This document shows, one piece after another, positions 52,683 to 62,321 of a DNA stretch of 64,000 nt (positions are counted from its first letter, which is position 1; each line of letters starts with the position of its first letter). Below the pieces are notes generated by a model that worked only from the letters and a program-made list of their open reading frames with translations, searched no databases and was not told the origin of the DNA. Where the stretch lies: contig OZ242374.1 of NCBI GenBank assembly GCA_965209055.1, forward strand, positions 4,480,001 to 4,544,000, read 5' to 3'. Source of the DNA: Acidobacteriota bacterium. Its GTDB lineage: Bacteria; Acidobacteriota; UBA6911; RPQK01; JAJDTT01. The translations under genes and the position numbers were made by a program.

Positions 52683-54365
52683 TCACTCCTCCCCCCTCAT
52701 TTCTCCTTCCAGGGCCGATTCTCCATCTTTCGAAACCCTCTGTTTCCAAGCCTGATAGAGGCGGCCCATCGCCTTCACCCGCTTTGGATGCCGGGACGCA
52801 AGGTTTCGCTTCTCGGTTCGGTCCGCGTCCATGTCGAAGAGCTGCCACAGGCTTTCCGCATCTTCCGGGGCGGGAGGAACGGTCCAGTCTGTCCCCGAAG
52901 GCCGCCAAGGCTGGTAGCGAATCCAGTGGTCGGGCGAAACCAGCTTCCACCTCCCCTGCCGCACCGCCCGCCAGAGACCCCGCTGATTCCAGAAGAGCGC
53001 CTCGTGGCCCTCCCGAGTCCTTCCCTGGAAGATGGGAAGCAGGCTCCGGCCCTCCAACGGCGGGATCTTCATCCCGTTCACTTCTGACGGATAGTCGGCT
53101 CCGGCGACCTCCAGGCAGGTGGCCATGATGTCGATGAGGTGCCCGAGTTCCGGGCTGATCCTTCCCGGCCGCGCGATTCCCCGGGGCCAGTAGGCCACCA
53201 GGGGCGTGGCGATGCCGCCTTCGTGGTTCCATCGCTTGAATTGGCGGAATGGCGTGTTGCTGAGATTGGCCCAAGGGAGGTCCACCGATCGGTAGGATTC
53301 CACCGGACCGGGCGGCAGCTCGGGCGTCCGGGTCCGGTCCTCGTCGCTGGCGCCGTTGTCGGAGAGGAACAGAACCAGAGTGTTCCGCTCCTTGCCCAGC
53401 GACCGCACGGTCTCCATGAGGCGGCCGATGTTCTGGTCCATGCGGTCCACCATGGCGGCATAGACCGCCATCTTCAGATCCCAGGCCTCCTTGTCCGGCA
53501 CCTCGTCCCAGGCCGGCGCGTGGGGGCTGCGGGAAGACAGTTCCGATCGGTCGGAGATCAGACCTTCCCCGACCAGGCGCCGGTGGCGTTCCCGCCGGAG
53601 AGTGTCCCAACCCGCCATGAAACGGCCCCGGTAGCGGGCAATGTCTTCCGGCCAGGCATGAAGCGGGTAATGAGGCACGGTATAGGCGAGATAGAGAAAG
53701 AAGGGGCGTTTCTCCCGGCCGTACTGTTTCAGATAGCCGATGGCGTGGTCGGTGAAGGCGTCGGTGCTGTAGAACCGGCGGTCTTCCGGCGTGTAGGGGC
53801 GAATGACCTTCCCTTCGATGGAAAACGGTTGGTCGTCGCGGGCGAACTTCTTTCCCGGCTCCGGCTCACCGGGTCGTCGCCGGCCCGGATTGAAGTGATT
53901 GCAGGTTCCCGTCAGGAGTCCGTAGTAACGCTCGAAACCCCGTTTCAACGGATGGCCGTCCAGGTGCCACTTGCCCGACATGAGGGTCCGGTAGCCGGCG
54001 GCCTTTAGTGCTTCCGCCAAGGTGACGCATCCCAGGAACCGCCGATCTCCCACCTGTTGGGAATAGAGTCCGCTGAGCAACGACGCCCGGCTGGCCGGGC
54101 AGATGGCGTTGTTGTAGAACTGCGAGAAACGGAGCCCGTTGCGGGCCAGGCGGTCCAGATTCGGGGTCCGGATCTCGCCCCCATAGCAGCCCAGGTCCGA
54201 GTAACCCAGATCGTCCGCCATGATCAGGATGATGTTGGGCCGGGGCGGAGACGAGGCCCACGCCAGCGATCCGGCAAGCAAGGCCACCAGCAACGTCCGG
54301 ATGACGCCGCGGCCGGCGACCCTCACCCTTCGTGATAAGAACGAATGTCTTTCAGAAACCTGCAT
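52683..54365 (-). CDS. Arylsulfatase (formylglycine-dependent, S1)
   Basis: PNIILIMADDLG, CPASRASLLSG, GKWHL, PHYPLH, FLSDNG. Confidence 0.93.
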   Translation of the reverse strand: MQVSERHSFLSRRVRVAGRGVIRTLLVALLAGSLAWASSPPRPNIILIMADDLGYSDLGCYGGEIRTPNLDRLARNGLRFSQFYNNAICPASRASLLSGLYSQQVGDRRFLGCVTLAEALKAAGYRTLMSGKWHLDGHPLKRGFERYYGLLTGTCNHFNPGRRRPGEPEPGKKFARDDQPFSIEGKVIRPYTPEDRRFYSTDAFTDHAIGYLKQYGREKRPFFLYLAYTVPHYPLHAWPEDIARYRGRFMAGWDTLRRERHRRLVGEGLISDRSELSSRSPHAPAWDEVPDKEAWDLKMAVYAAMVDRMDQNIGRLMETVRSLGKERNTLVLFLSDNGASDEDRTRTPELPPGPVESYRSVDLPWANLSNTPFRQFKRWNHEGGIATPLVAYWPRGIARPGRISPELGHLIDIMATCLEVAGADYPSEVNGMKIPPLEGRSLLPIFQGRTREGHEALFWNQRGLWRAVRQGRWKLVSPDHWIRYQPWRPSGTDWTVPPAPEDAESLWQLFDMDADRTEKRNLASRHPKRVKAMGRLYQAWKQRVSKDGESALEGEMRGEE

Positions 54366-54371
54366 CCGTCC

Positions 54372-56750
54372 CTAGCGATCCGACACCACGGGACGGTCCA
54401 ATCGGATGGTGGGGCGTTCGTCCAGTTCCAGCGCCGTGTGCCGGTAGAAGTAGTAGGTTCCCATTTCCGGCGAGGCCAGGATGTCCGGTTTTGCGTCGCC
54501 GTCCAGGTCTCGAAATCCGTAGTAGGGACCGTGGGAGCCAAGCCCTTCCAACGGTTTTCCGAAGAGGGACAGAACCTGCGGGCGTCCGAAGCGCGGTTCC
54601 GTGGGGGTGCCGATGTTGGGATAGATCAGAGGCCGGGTCGGATTGTGGTCCCACTCCGCCGTCCTTCGCCAACATTCGTTGAAGAAGAGGTCCAGCAGTC
54701 CGTCCCCGTTCCAGTCCACCAGGAAGAACTGGCTCGGCTGGAGATCGACTGCCTGGATGGTTTCGCCTCCGGGAAGGCGAAAGGGTCCGTCGTCCCGGAG
54801 CCGAAGCCTCCCCTCCCCGTCCCGGAACCTTCGGAACAGGCGGGTATCCCAAGTGACGGACGCAGCCGTCACGAGATCGGTGAGACCGTCACCGGTAAGG
54901 TCGGCAAAGGAGGCCCGGGCCCTCCAGCGGAACGGCTGATGGCGGTTGGGAACCCGTTTCCTCCACTGGCCGGTGCCGGCCCCCAACAGTTTGGCCGTCG
55001 CGCGCAAGAGGTCCTTTCCGTCCGGATACCCCTCGCACAAAACCTGGAGCCGGGGACCGAACCTGGGGCGGCTCCGGGTGCCGATGTTCCGGTACCAGTA
55101 GATCCGGTTGGTGAGGTTGGGCAACATCAGGTCCGGCAGCCGGTCTCCGTCCCAGTCGACGTAGACCGGGTGCGTGTAGCCCATGTTGTGCCCGTAGTCC
55201 TCCAGCCCGGGAAAGACCTGGCTCATGAAGAGGCGGATCGGTTCCCCCTGGGACCGGACCGGCTCTTCCCGGACGAATACCGGCCGGGACTCGGTGCCTT
55301 GGTTGATCAGGACGCGGACGAAGCCGAATCCGTCGCCGGCCAGCAGATCCCAGTCCCCGTCTCCGTCCCAGTCGCAGGGATAAGGCGTCGATTGTTCTCC
55401 CAGAATCGCATGCGCAGACAACGACAGTGCCTCGTGGCGGCGGAAAGCCGGTTCCTTTTCGGCATCATCCTGAAGTTGTTCGAAGAAGGCCAACTTTCGC
55501 AGGTGGTCGTAGGCCACCAGCAACCCCTGGCGGCGGCCCGACGGGACGGACGCGGTGAAATAGGCGGCCCGGGCTCCGACCTGTTCCAGCAGGCGAGGGG
55601 AACCAAAACTTGGAACCGTTCCACCCTGGTTCCGGCGCCACGCCACCCGGTAGAAATGTTTCTTCCTCTCGGCGTCGGGATCGGTGACCAGGCAGACGCT
55701 GTCCGGACGGCCGTCCTGGTCCACGTCGTAGAAACTGGCCCGGACTCCCGGATCGATTCGTACAGGAGACCCCGGCCGAAAGGGCCAGCCCTCGGGATTC
55801 CTATTTCTAATGAAGTAACCCCGGCCGTCAGGTGGAATGTCCTGACCTCGAAACATGGATCCGACGAACAGGTCCTGGGTTCCGTCCTGGTCCAGGTCCA
55901 CGATTCTCACTGGACCCCACCAGTCCGGCGGACGGGAAATGCGGCCGTGGTCCCGGAAGAGGGGAAGTCCTCCGTCGTCCCGGCGCCCGGTGTTGATGAG
56001 GAAGACGATCCAACCCTCGGCGCTGCGGGGATTCTGATGTGAGCCGTCGGCAGGCGAGGAATAGACGAGGTCGACCAGGCCGTCGCCGTTCAGGTCTCCC
56101 GCGTCCAGATGGAGATAACCGGCCCGCAGGTGACGCGGCTCCGGCGAGCCGGCTTCGTCCAGGTAGCGGATGGCGACCGGTTCTCCGAACTGGAACTCGT
56201 CGACACCGCCGACCCGGGGATAGCAAACGATTCCTCCAGGCGGACGGTCAGGCGAATACGTGTAGATCACCGTTCCCACCAAGTCCCGCTTGCCGTCCCC
56301 CGTCAAGTCCACCAAGGCGCCCAGAATGGGGAGTGAAATGGGTTTCGGTTTCCCCGCGTTGTAGCGAAGCAGATCGCCGGTACCGATCATGGGGATGTAC
56401 GGGCGGGGGTTCAGAGGCGGCCGGACGGGACCCGTCCGAAACCGGATTCGGTAATCTCGTCGCTCCGGGTCCTCCACGACCCACTGGACCCGTCCCTGAT
56501 GTCCGTGGTGGAAGTCGCGGCTCAGCGCATGAGGCACAGGACCCCCCGATACCGCATCCACGACCTGAATCGAGTTGGGATCGAGAACGCCTTCGATTCC
56601 GGCGTCCGCAGCCAGGGAGGCGAAATCGATCCAGGGGTCGACGGGGATCTGGGCAAAGGGGAGGGACGAGGTGATGCGAAGCTCCACCGAGCACTCGCGG
56701 CCAGCCGGCTCCGCACCGGCCCGGGCCAGGGGCGCCAGGATCATGAGCAC
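54372..56750 (-). CDS. Secreted FG-GAP/VCBS repeat protein
   Basis: Multiple D(L/W)xGDGxxD motifs. Confidence 0.85.
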   Translation of the reverse strand: MLMILAPLARAGAEPAGRECSVELRITSSLPFAQIPVDPWIDFASLAADAGIEGVLDPNSIQVVDAVSGGPVPHALSRDFHHGHQGRVQWVVEDPERRDYRIRFRTGPVRPPLNPRPYIPMIGTGDLLRYNAGKPKPISLPILGALVDLTGDGKRDLVGTVIYTYSPDRPPGGIVCYPRVGGVDEFQFGEPVAIRYLDEAGSPEPRHLRAGYLHLDAGDLNGDGLVDLVYSSPADGSHQNPRSAEGWIVFLINTGRRDDGGLPLFRDHGRISRPPDWWGPVRIVDLDQDGTQDLFVGSMFRGQDIPPDGRGYFIRNRNPEGWPFRPGSPVRIDPGVRASFYDVDQDGRPDSVCLVTDPDAERKKHFYRVAWRRNQGGTVPSFGSPRLLEQVGARAAYFTASVPSGRRQGLLVAYDHLRKLAFFEQLQDDAEKEPAFRRHEALSLSAHAILGEQSTPYPCDWDGDGDWDLLAGDGFGFVRVLINQGTESRPVFVREEPVRSQGEPIRLFMSQVFPGLEDYGHNMGYTHPVYVDWDGDRLPDLMLPNLTNRIYWYRNIGTRSRPRFGPRLQVLCEGYPDGKDLLRATAKLLGAGTGQWRKRVPNRHQPFRWRARASFADLTGDGLTDLVTAASVTWDTRLFRRFRDGEGRLRLRDDGPFRLPGGETIQAVDLQPSQFFLVDWNGDGLLDLFFNECWRRTAEWDHNPTRPLIYPNIGTPTEPRFGRPQVLSLFGKPLEGLGSHGPYYGFRDLDGDAKPDILASPEMGTYYFYRHTALELDERPTIRLDRPVVSDR

Positions 56751-56793
56751 CAGGGAGAATGTTACTTTCGCCGCCAGGAACGTCCCCCTAAAT

Positions 56794-58296
56794 TCAGTTG
56801 ATTTGGAAGGAATATAGACGGGTTCTGCTCAGAATAAACTTCAAACGAACCGGTCGATCTTGAAGCTCTTCCAGGCTCTCCTTCCCCTCCCACGAGACCT
56901 TGGAATAGACCCCGTCTGCCGGTGCCAGACTGGAAGCATCGGCTTCGTACCCGGGAATGGGGTTCCCTGCCGCGTCCTGGATCTCCACCTTCAGATAGCC
57001 TTCCTGGTTGGGGCTGTCGTTGAAGGTCACCTCCCCCGGCGCCTCCGACGCGTCCCCCTCCCGCCGGAGCAGGCGGGCGTTCACTTGGAGTGTGCTCCCC
57101 GAGAACTGCAGCGGCTTGGTCAGAACCGAGCCCTCGGCAGTGGCGTCGAGGGCAACGAAGCCGTCCTGCCGCATGCGGGCCAATCCGATCTCTCCCGTGT
57201 GGTCCTCCGACGGGGCGTTGTGGAGGTTGTCGAACCCGGAGTAGTAGATCCAGACCATTCCATCCTTGACCACGGGAGCCGTGATGGGCCAGATCATCCC
57301 GCTGTCGAAGCTCTTGCCCGAATACTCGTTTCTCTGGTAGCCCAGGTAGATCAGCGGCCGCCGGTAGACGCTCCGATCCCACTTGATGCCATCCCGGCTG
57401 GAGACCAACTGGACGTCCATGGTCTGGATGTTGGTGTGAAAGACCCAGAGCAGACCCAGGGTCTGGCTGCCGTAGGGGAAGGCCGAAAGCCCGTAGAACT
57501 CGGTCCCGGGACGGTCATGGGCATCCGGTTCCAGCACCAGGCGATCATCGGTCCAGTGGATGAAGTCGTCGCTGACGAGCCGTGACACCTTCCGGGGACC
57601 TCCGGGATTGGTCTTGTGATAGAGCCAATATTGCCGGGAAACGGGGTCCCGCATCACCGCGAAGGTGTCTCCCGTGGCCCAGCAGGGCACCACCGGATTC
57701 TTTTCGTAGTCGGTCCAGCGGATGCCGTCAGGAGAGAAGGCGGCCCAGATGCCGCACCGTTCCCGGTCCCTGGTCTGCCAGTAGCCCATCTTGTAGCGGC
57801 GGGCGGGGTCCGGGTCCTCCGGGTCCAGGATCACCGAATGGTTCCAATTGTTCCAACGCAGCACGATGTTGTTGGCCTTGGAGCCGCGGAACTCCAGGTG
57901 GTTCAACTCCGGCTTCTCCCACCGGATCCCGTCCTCGGAGGTGGCGTAACAGACGAACTGATCGATGTCGGATTCTCCGGTTCGCGGCAACGTGTTGTAC
58001 CACATCTCGAAAATTTTCTTTTCCGGAGAGTAGATAACACTCCCCGGTTGAAGTATCAGATAACCTTCCCAGGGACGGTCGGATCGGATCAGGGGGTTCC
58101 CGGCCACTTTTCCTCCCCGCCCCAGACTCCGCCAGATCCGGTCCATCCGCTCGACGAGCAGGTCATCCGCGAACAGTTGGACCCGATCGTCCAGCCGAAT
58201 GGGAGGATCCGCCGCGGGACCCGGAGCGCAGGAGACTCCGGGCAACAGGACGCCTCCCAGGAAAATTGCCGAGCATAGGGTGGAATTCAATCTCAT
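56794..58296 (-). CDS. Beta-propeller glycoside hydrolase-like lipoprotein
   Basis: Start MRLNST, lipobox GVSC; DRPWEG, CYATSEDGIRW, SRDGIKW, RQDGF; homologous to 25867-27408. Confidence 0.65.
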   Translation of the reverse strand: MRLNSTLCSAIFLGGVLLPGVSCAPGPAADPPIRLDDRVQLFADDLLVERMDRIWRSLGRGGKVAGNPLIRSDRPWEGYLILQPGSVIYSPEKKIFEMWYNTLPRTGESDIDQFVCYATSEDGIRWEKPELNHLEFRGSKANNIVLRWNNWNHSVILDPEDPDPARRYKMGYWQTRDRERCGIWAAFSPDGIRWTDYEKNPVVPCWATGDTFAVMRDPVSRQYWLYHKTNPGGPRKVSRLVSDDFIHWTDDRLVLEPDAHDRPGTEFYGLSAFPYGSQTLGLLWVFHTNIQTMDVQLVSSRDGIKWDRSVYRRPLIYLGYQRNEYSGKSFDSGMIWPITAPVVKDGMVWIYYSGFDNLHNAPSEDHTGEIGLARMRQDGFVALDATAEGSVLTKPLQFSGSTLQVNARLLRREGDASEAPGEVTFNDSPNQEGYLKVEIQDAAGNPIPGYEADASSLAPADGVYSKVSWEGKESLEELQDRPVRLKFILSRTRLYSFQIN

Positions 58297-58332
58297 GCCG
58301 TCACTCCCGGCGGGGATCATAACACGCAGGTC

Positions 58333-58450
58333 ATGGAGCGGCGACTCTCCTGTCGCCGACTGGGGAGGCGGTTTTCCTACCGCCGATGAGGGGGGGTAGG
58401 GGGGACGGCAGTCCCTCCTGTACCAATCCGGTGACCGAAGAGCGGGCGAT
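58333..58450. repeat. REP/REPIN-like repeat (reverse orientation)
   Basis: GGAGCGGCGACTCTCCTGTCGCCGA, GGCGGTTTTCCTACCGCCGA and GGGACGGCAGTCCC are reverse complements of modules at 8360-8410 and 17966-18020. Confidence 0.8.
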
Positions 58451-58506
58451 TGGAAATCGCCCCTCCCGACATTTGCCATGGACTGCTAAACTTGGGATCC
58501 GGATCC

Positions 58507-59859
58507 ATGCTTCGTCTCGACGGCCCGACATCGCCCCATCTTTGCCAGGCAGTCCACCGCAGGGACTTCCTTCACGCCGGCTCTCTGGCGTTCCTGGGCC
58601 TCACCCTGCCCGGCTTCCTGGAGCTCAAGGCCGCGGGCCGGACCAGCTCCGACAAGGACGTGAACTGCATCCTCCTGTTCCTGGAGGGGGGCGCCCCCCA
58701 AATGGACACCTGGGACCCGAAGCCGGATGCGCCGGCCGAGATTCGGGGACCCTACAAGCCGATTCCCACCAACGTGGCCGGGGTCCGGATCACCGAACTG
58801 TTTCCCCGCATGGCCCGCCACGCCGACAAGTTCGCGTTGATCCGTTCCTACTACCACACCAATCCGGCCCATCCCCAGGCCAAGACCTGGATGCAAACCG
58901 GAAGGCCTCCGCTCCCCGGAATTCAGTATCCCCATCCGGGTTGCGTTGTCGACAAGCTGAAGGGCGCCCGGGGCGACCTGCCCGCGCACGTCCTTCTCCC
59001 CTACCGGCCGGACGACGGTCAGGGGCCCGGTTTCCTGGGCAAGACCCACGAGCCCTTCGTCATCGACTCCGACCCTTCCGACCCTTCCTTTCGGGTCCGG
59101 GACCTCCGGCCGCCCGACTACGTCTCGGCGGTTCGAGCCGGGAGACGGATTTCCTTCCGCCGGCTCATCGACCGGAGCTTCCTCGATTTTGAGGAGAACT
59201 GTGCCGAGAGCCGGCTCCTGGACGCCAATTTCTCCCAGGCCTACCGGATCGTCTCCTCACGTCAGGCCCGCCAGTCCTTCGATCTGACGGGCGAGCCGAC
59301 CCAGCTTCGGCAAAGCTATGGCATGAACCGATTCGGGCAGAGTTGCCTCCTGGCCCGCCGCCTCGTGGAGCGCGGCGTCCGCTTCGTGACCGTCAACATG
59401 TTCGACGATCTCGCCGGGTCCTGGGACATCCATGGCCAGTCGCCTTTCACCTCCCTGAGCGCGCTCGACACGCTGGGGCCCATGTTCGACCACGCCTTCT
59501 CTTCCCTGCTCGAAGACCTCCAGCAGCGCGGCCTGTTGGAACAGACCCTGGTGGTGGCCATGGGAGAGTTCGGCCGGTCTCCCAAGATCAACCCCGCGGG
59601 CGGCCGGGATCACTGGCCGGCCTGCGGCACGCTCATCCTCGCCGGCGGAGGCGTCGTGGGGGGACAGGTCATCGGTTCCTCCGACCGCACGGCCAGCGAA
59701 CCCAGGGACCGTCCCGTCGAACCCATGGAAATTCTCGCCAGCCTTTATCAGGCCCTCGGCATCAGCGTTCACACCGAACTGGACGGACCGGGCAACCGGC
59801 CCGTTCCCGTGGTGGAGATCGGTGTGGAGCCGATCCGGGAGCTATTCGGCACCGCATGA
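58507..59859 (+). CDS. DUF1501 protein
   Basis: Tat-like RRDFL; GGAPQMDTWDPKP; FGQSCLLARRLVERGVRFV; WDIH; GEFGRSP; GRDHW. Confidence 0.93.
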   Translation: MLRLDGPTSPHLCQAVHRRDFLHAGSLAFLGLTLPGFLELKAAGRTSSDKDVNCILLFLEGGAPQMDTWDPKPDAPAEIRGPYKPIPTNVAGVRITELFPRMARHADKFALIRSYYHTNPAHPQAKTWMQTGRPPLPGIQYPHPGCVVDKLKGARGDLPAHVLLPYRPDDGQGPGFLGKTHEPFVIDSDPSDPSFRVRDLRPPDYVSAVRAGRRISFRRLIDRSFLDFEENCAESRLLDANFSQAYRIVSSRQARQSFDLTGEPTQLRQSYGMNRFGQSCLLARRLVERGVRFVTVNMFDDLAGSWDIHGQSPFTSLSALDTLGPMFDHAFSSLLEDLQQRGLLEQTLVVAMGEFGRSPKINPAGGRDHWPACGTLILAGGGVVGGQVIGSSDRTASEPRDRPVEPMEILASLYQALGISVHTELDGPGNRPVPVVEIGVEPIRELFGTA

Positions 59860-62321
59860 TCGCGACTCTCCTGCTGGCCGCGTCCACTCTCACGGTTTCC
59901 GGAGCCGGTCCGCTGGCGCTGATCCCATCCGACATCACGCTTGAGGGACAGGATGCGACACAGCGGCTCATCCTGATCCAGCGGACGCCCCAACGCGGCT
60001 CCGAGGCCGACATGACCCCGGAAGCGGCTTTTACCTCTTCTTCTCCCGGCGTCGTCCGAGTGGACGCTCAAGGGGTGGTGCGGGCGGTGGGCGACGGAGA
60101 GGCCCGAATCACCGCCCGGCTGCCCGACGGCCGCCAGACATCCGTCCTTGTCCAGGTAAAATCGGCCGGCCAACCGCCGCGCCGGGACTTTCGGAACCAG
60201 GTCCGCTCGGTCATGACCAAGTCGGGTTGCAACTCGGGACCCTGCCACGGCGCGGGAGCGGGACAGAACTTCTTCAAGCTCTCGCTGAGAGGCTATTCCC
60301 TGCAGGAGGACTTCCGAGCCCTGACCCGGGAAGCCGGGGGCCGCAGAATCTCCCGCCGGGAGCCGTCGCGGAGCCTGGTACTGCTCAAACCCACCCTGGC
60401 CGTCTCCCACGGGGGCGGAAAGCTGCTGGAACCGGACTCCCTCGACTATCGAATCATGGCCGACTGGATCGCAGGCGGAGCCAAGGGTCCCGCTCCCGAC
60501 GATCCCAGGGTCGAGCGGTTGGAGGTCTACCCTTCGCAGGCGATGCTGCGGCCCGGGGTCCGGCACCGGCTGGTGGTCCGGGCGTTCTATTCCGACGGAC
60601 GGACCGAGGACGTCACCCGCTGGGGCAAGTACACCAGCAGCGACGCCTCCGTGGCCAAGGTTGGGCCGGATGGAATGGTGGAGACGTCGGGTCACGGCGA
60701 GGCCAACCTTTCAGTTTGGTACCTGGATCGGATCGCCACGGCGAGAGTTTCCGTTCCCTTTCCGGTCCGGCTTCCGGAGCAGGTCTTCCGCAAGGCGGCA
60801 CGCCACAACTTCATCGACGACCTGGTCCTGGAGAAGCTGAAACAGATGAGGATCCCCCCGTCGGAGCTCTGCACCGATTCGGAGTTTCTCCGGCGAGCCT
60901 ACCTGGACGCGGCGGGAATCCTGCCCAGCGGCGAAGTGGCGAAACGGTTCGCGGCCGATCCGGACCCTGGAAAACGACGCCGTCTTGTGGACGCGTTGCT
61001 GGAACGGTCCGAGTTCGTGGACCTCTGGGCCTACAAGTGGTCCGACCTCCTTCTCGTCTCCAGTTCCAAGCTCACTCCGGCCGCGACCCGCACCTTCCAT
61101 GGTTGGATTCGACAGGCGGTCGCCGAAAACAAGCCCTGGGACCGCTTCGTCCGGGAGATCATCACCGCCTCCGGAAGCAATTTGACCAACGGCGCCGCCA
61201 ACTACTATCTGCTTCACGACGGGCCCACCGTGCTGGCGGAGAACATGACCCTCACCTTCATGGGGATCGCCATCAACTGCGCCCGTTGCCACAACCACCC
61301 TTTGGACAAATGGTCGCAGGACGACTACTACCACCTCTCCAGCTTCTTTTCCCGAGTCGGCCGCAAGAACGACCTGGGCTACGGTTTTACCGACAATCCC
61401 AACTCTTTGAAGGAGACCACCATATTCACCGCCAGCCGCGGCGAGGTGATCCACCCACTCCTGGGCCGGCCCCTGCCTCCCCGCCCTCTGGAGTCGGCGG
61501 AGACGATCAGCGACCGGCCGGGGAGAGACCGGCGCCTCCCTCTCGCCCAGTGGCTCACATCGGGCGAGAATCGCTACTTCGTCCGTGCGGTCGTGAACCG
61601 CGTCTGGCATCACTTCATGGGCCGGGGCCTCGTCCATCCCGCCGACGACATGCGGGAAACCAATGTGGCCTCCAACCCGCGCCTCCTGGACGCCCTGGGG
61701 CGCGAGTTCGTGCGGAGCGGATTCGATCTCAAGTCTCTGATCCGAACCATAGTGAACTCGGCCGCCTACCAGAGGAGCTCCCGGCCCCAGGAAAACAGCC
61801 ATGACCGGAAGTATTACTCCCACTATCTGATCCGGAGACTCCCCGCCGAGGTCCTGCTGGACGTGGTGTCCCAGGCCCTGGGGGTGCCCGAGAGCTTCGC
61901 CGGGCATCCTGAGGGCGTCCGGGCCCTCCAACTGCCCGACTCCCGTGTGAGCTCCTATGCCCTGACCCTCTTCGGACGCCCTTCCAGAGAAATCAACGCC
62001 TACTCGGAGCGGGTCCGAAGCTCCACGGTTCCCCAGGTCCTGCACCTCCTCAACGGGGAGCTCCTGAGCGCCAAGCTCCGCTCCCCCGAAGGAAACCTTC
62101 AGCGGATGCTCGACCAGGGGTTCACGGATCGGGAGATCGTCCGCCGGATCTTCTGGAGTTCGCTTTCCCGGCCGCCGTCCCCGAGCGAAGAGGCGGAGGT
62201 CCTGGAAATGTTCGGTCCGGATGGAGGCTCGGCCTCCTCCGGTGATCGGGTCCGCCGGGAACTCCTGGAGGATTTCTGGGCGGGCGTGATGATGAGCAAG
62301 GAATTCCTCTTCAATCACTGA
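59856..62321 (+). CDS. Ig-like + DUF1549/DUF1553 protein
   Basis: Start MIATLLL; GCNSGPCHG; FLRRAYLD; CARCHNHP; VNRVW.HFMGRG; SKEFLFNH. Confidence 0.92.
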   Translation: MIATLLLAASTLTVSGAGPLALIPSDITLEGQDATQRLILIQRTPQRGSEADMTPEAAFTSSSPGVVRVDAQGVVRAVGDGEARITARLPDGRQTSVLVQVKSAGQPPRRDFRNQVRSVMTKSGCNSGPCHGAGAGQNFFKLSLRGYSLQEDFRALTREAGGRRISRREPSRSLVLLKPTLAVSHGGGKLLEPDSLDYRIMADWIAGGAKGPAPDDPRVERLEVYPSQAMLRPGVRHRLVVRAFYSDGRTEDVTRWGKYTSSDASVAKVGPDGMVETSGHGEANLSVWYLDRIATARVSVPFPVRLPEQVFRKAARHNFIDDLVLEKLKQMRIPPSELCTDSEFLRRAYLDAAGILPSGEVAKRFAADPDPGKRRRLVDALLERSEFVDLWAYKWSDLLLVSSSKLTPAATRTFHGWIRQAVAENKPWDRFVREIITASGSNLTNGAANYYLLHDGPTVLAENMTLTFMGIAINCARCHNHPLDKWSQDDYYHLSSFFSRVGRKNDLGYGFTDNPNSLKETTIFTASRGEVIHPLLGRPLPPRPLESAETISDRPGRDRRLPLAQWLTSGENRYFVRAVVNRVWHHFMGRGLVHPADDMRETNVASNPRLLDALGREFVRSGFDLKSLIRTIVNSAAYQRSSRPQENSHDRKYYSHYLIRRLPAEVLLDVVSQALGVPESFAGHPEGVRALQLPDSRVSSYALTLFGRPSREINAYSERVRSSTVPQVLHLLNGELLSAKLRSPEGNLQRMLDQGFTDREIVRRIFWSSLSRPPSPSEEAEVLEMFGPDGGSASSGDRVRRELLEDFWAGVMMSKEFLFNH

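Noticed and set aside
748-62318. Long opposite-strand or alternative-frame ORFs (e.g. 748-1902, 5918-7342, 9737-10999, 36175-37521, 42043-43389, 54345-56042, 60711-62318)
   Set aside because: Shadows of well-supported genes in high-GC DNA with no recognisable motifs
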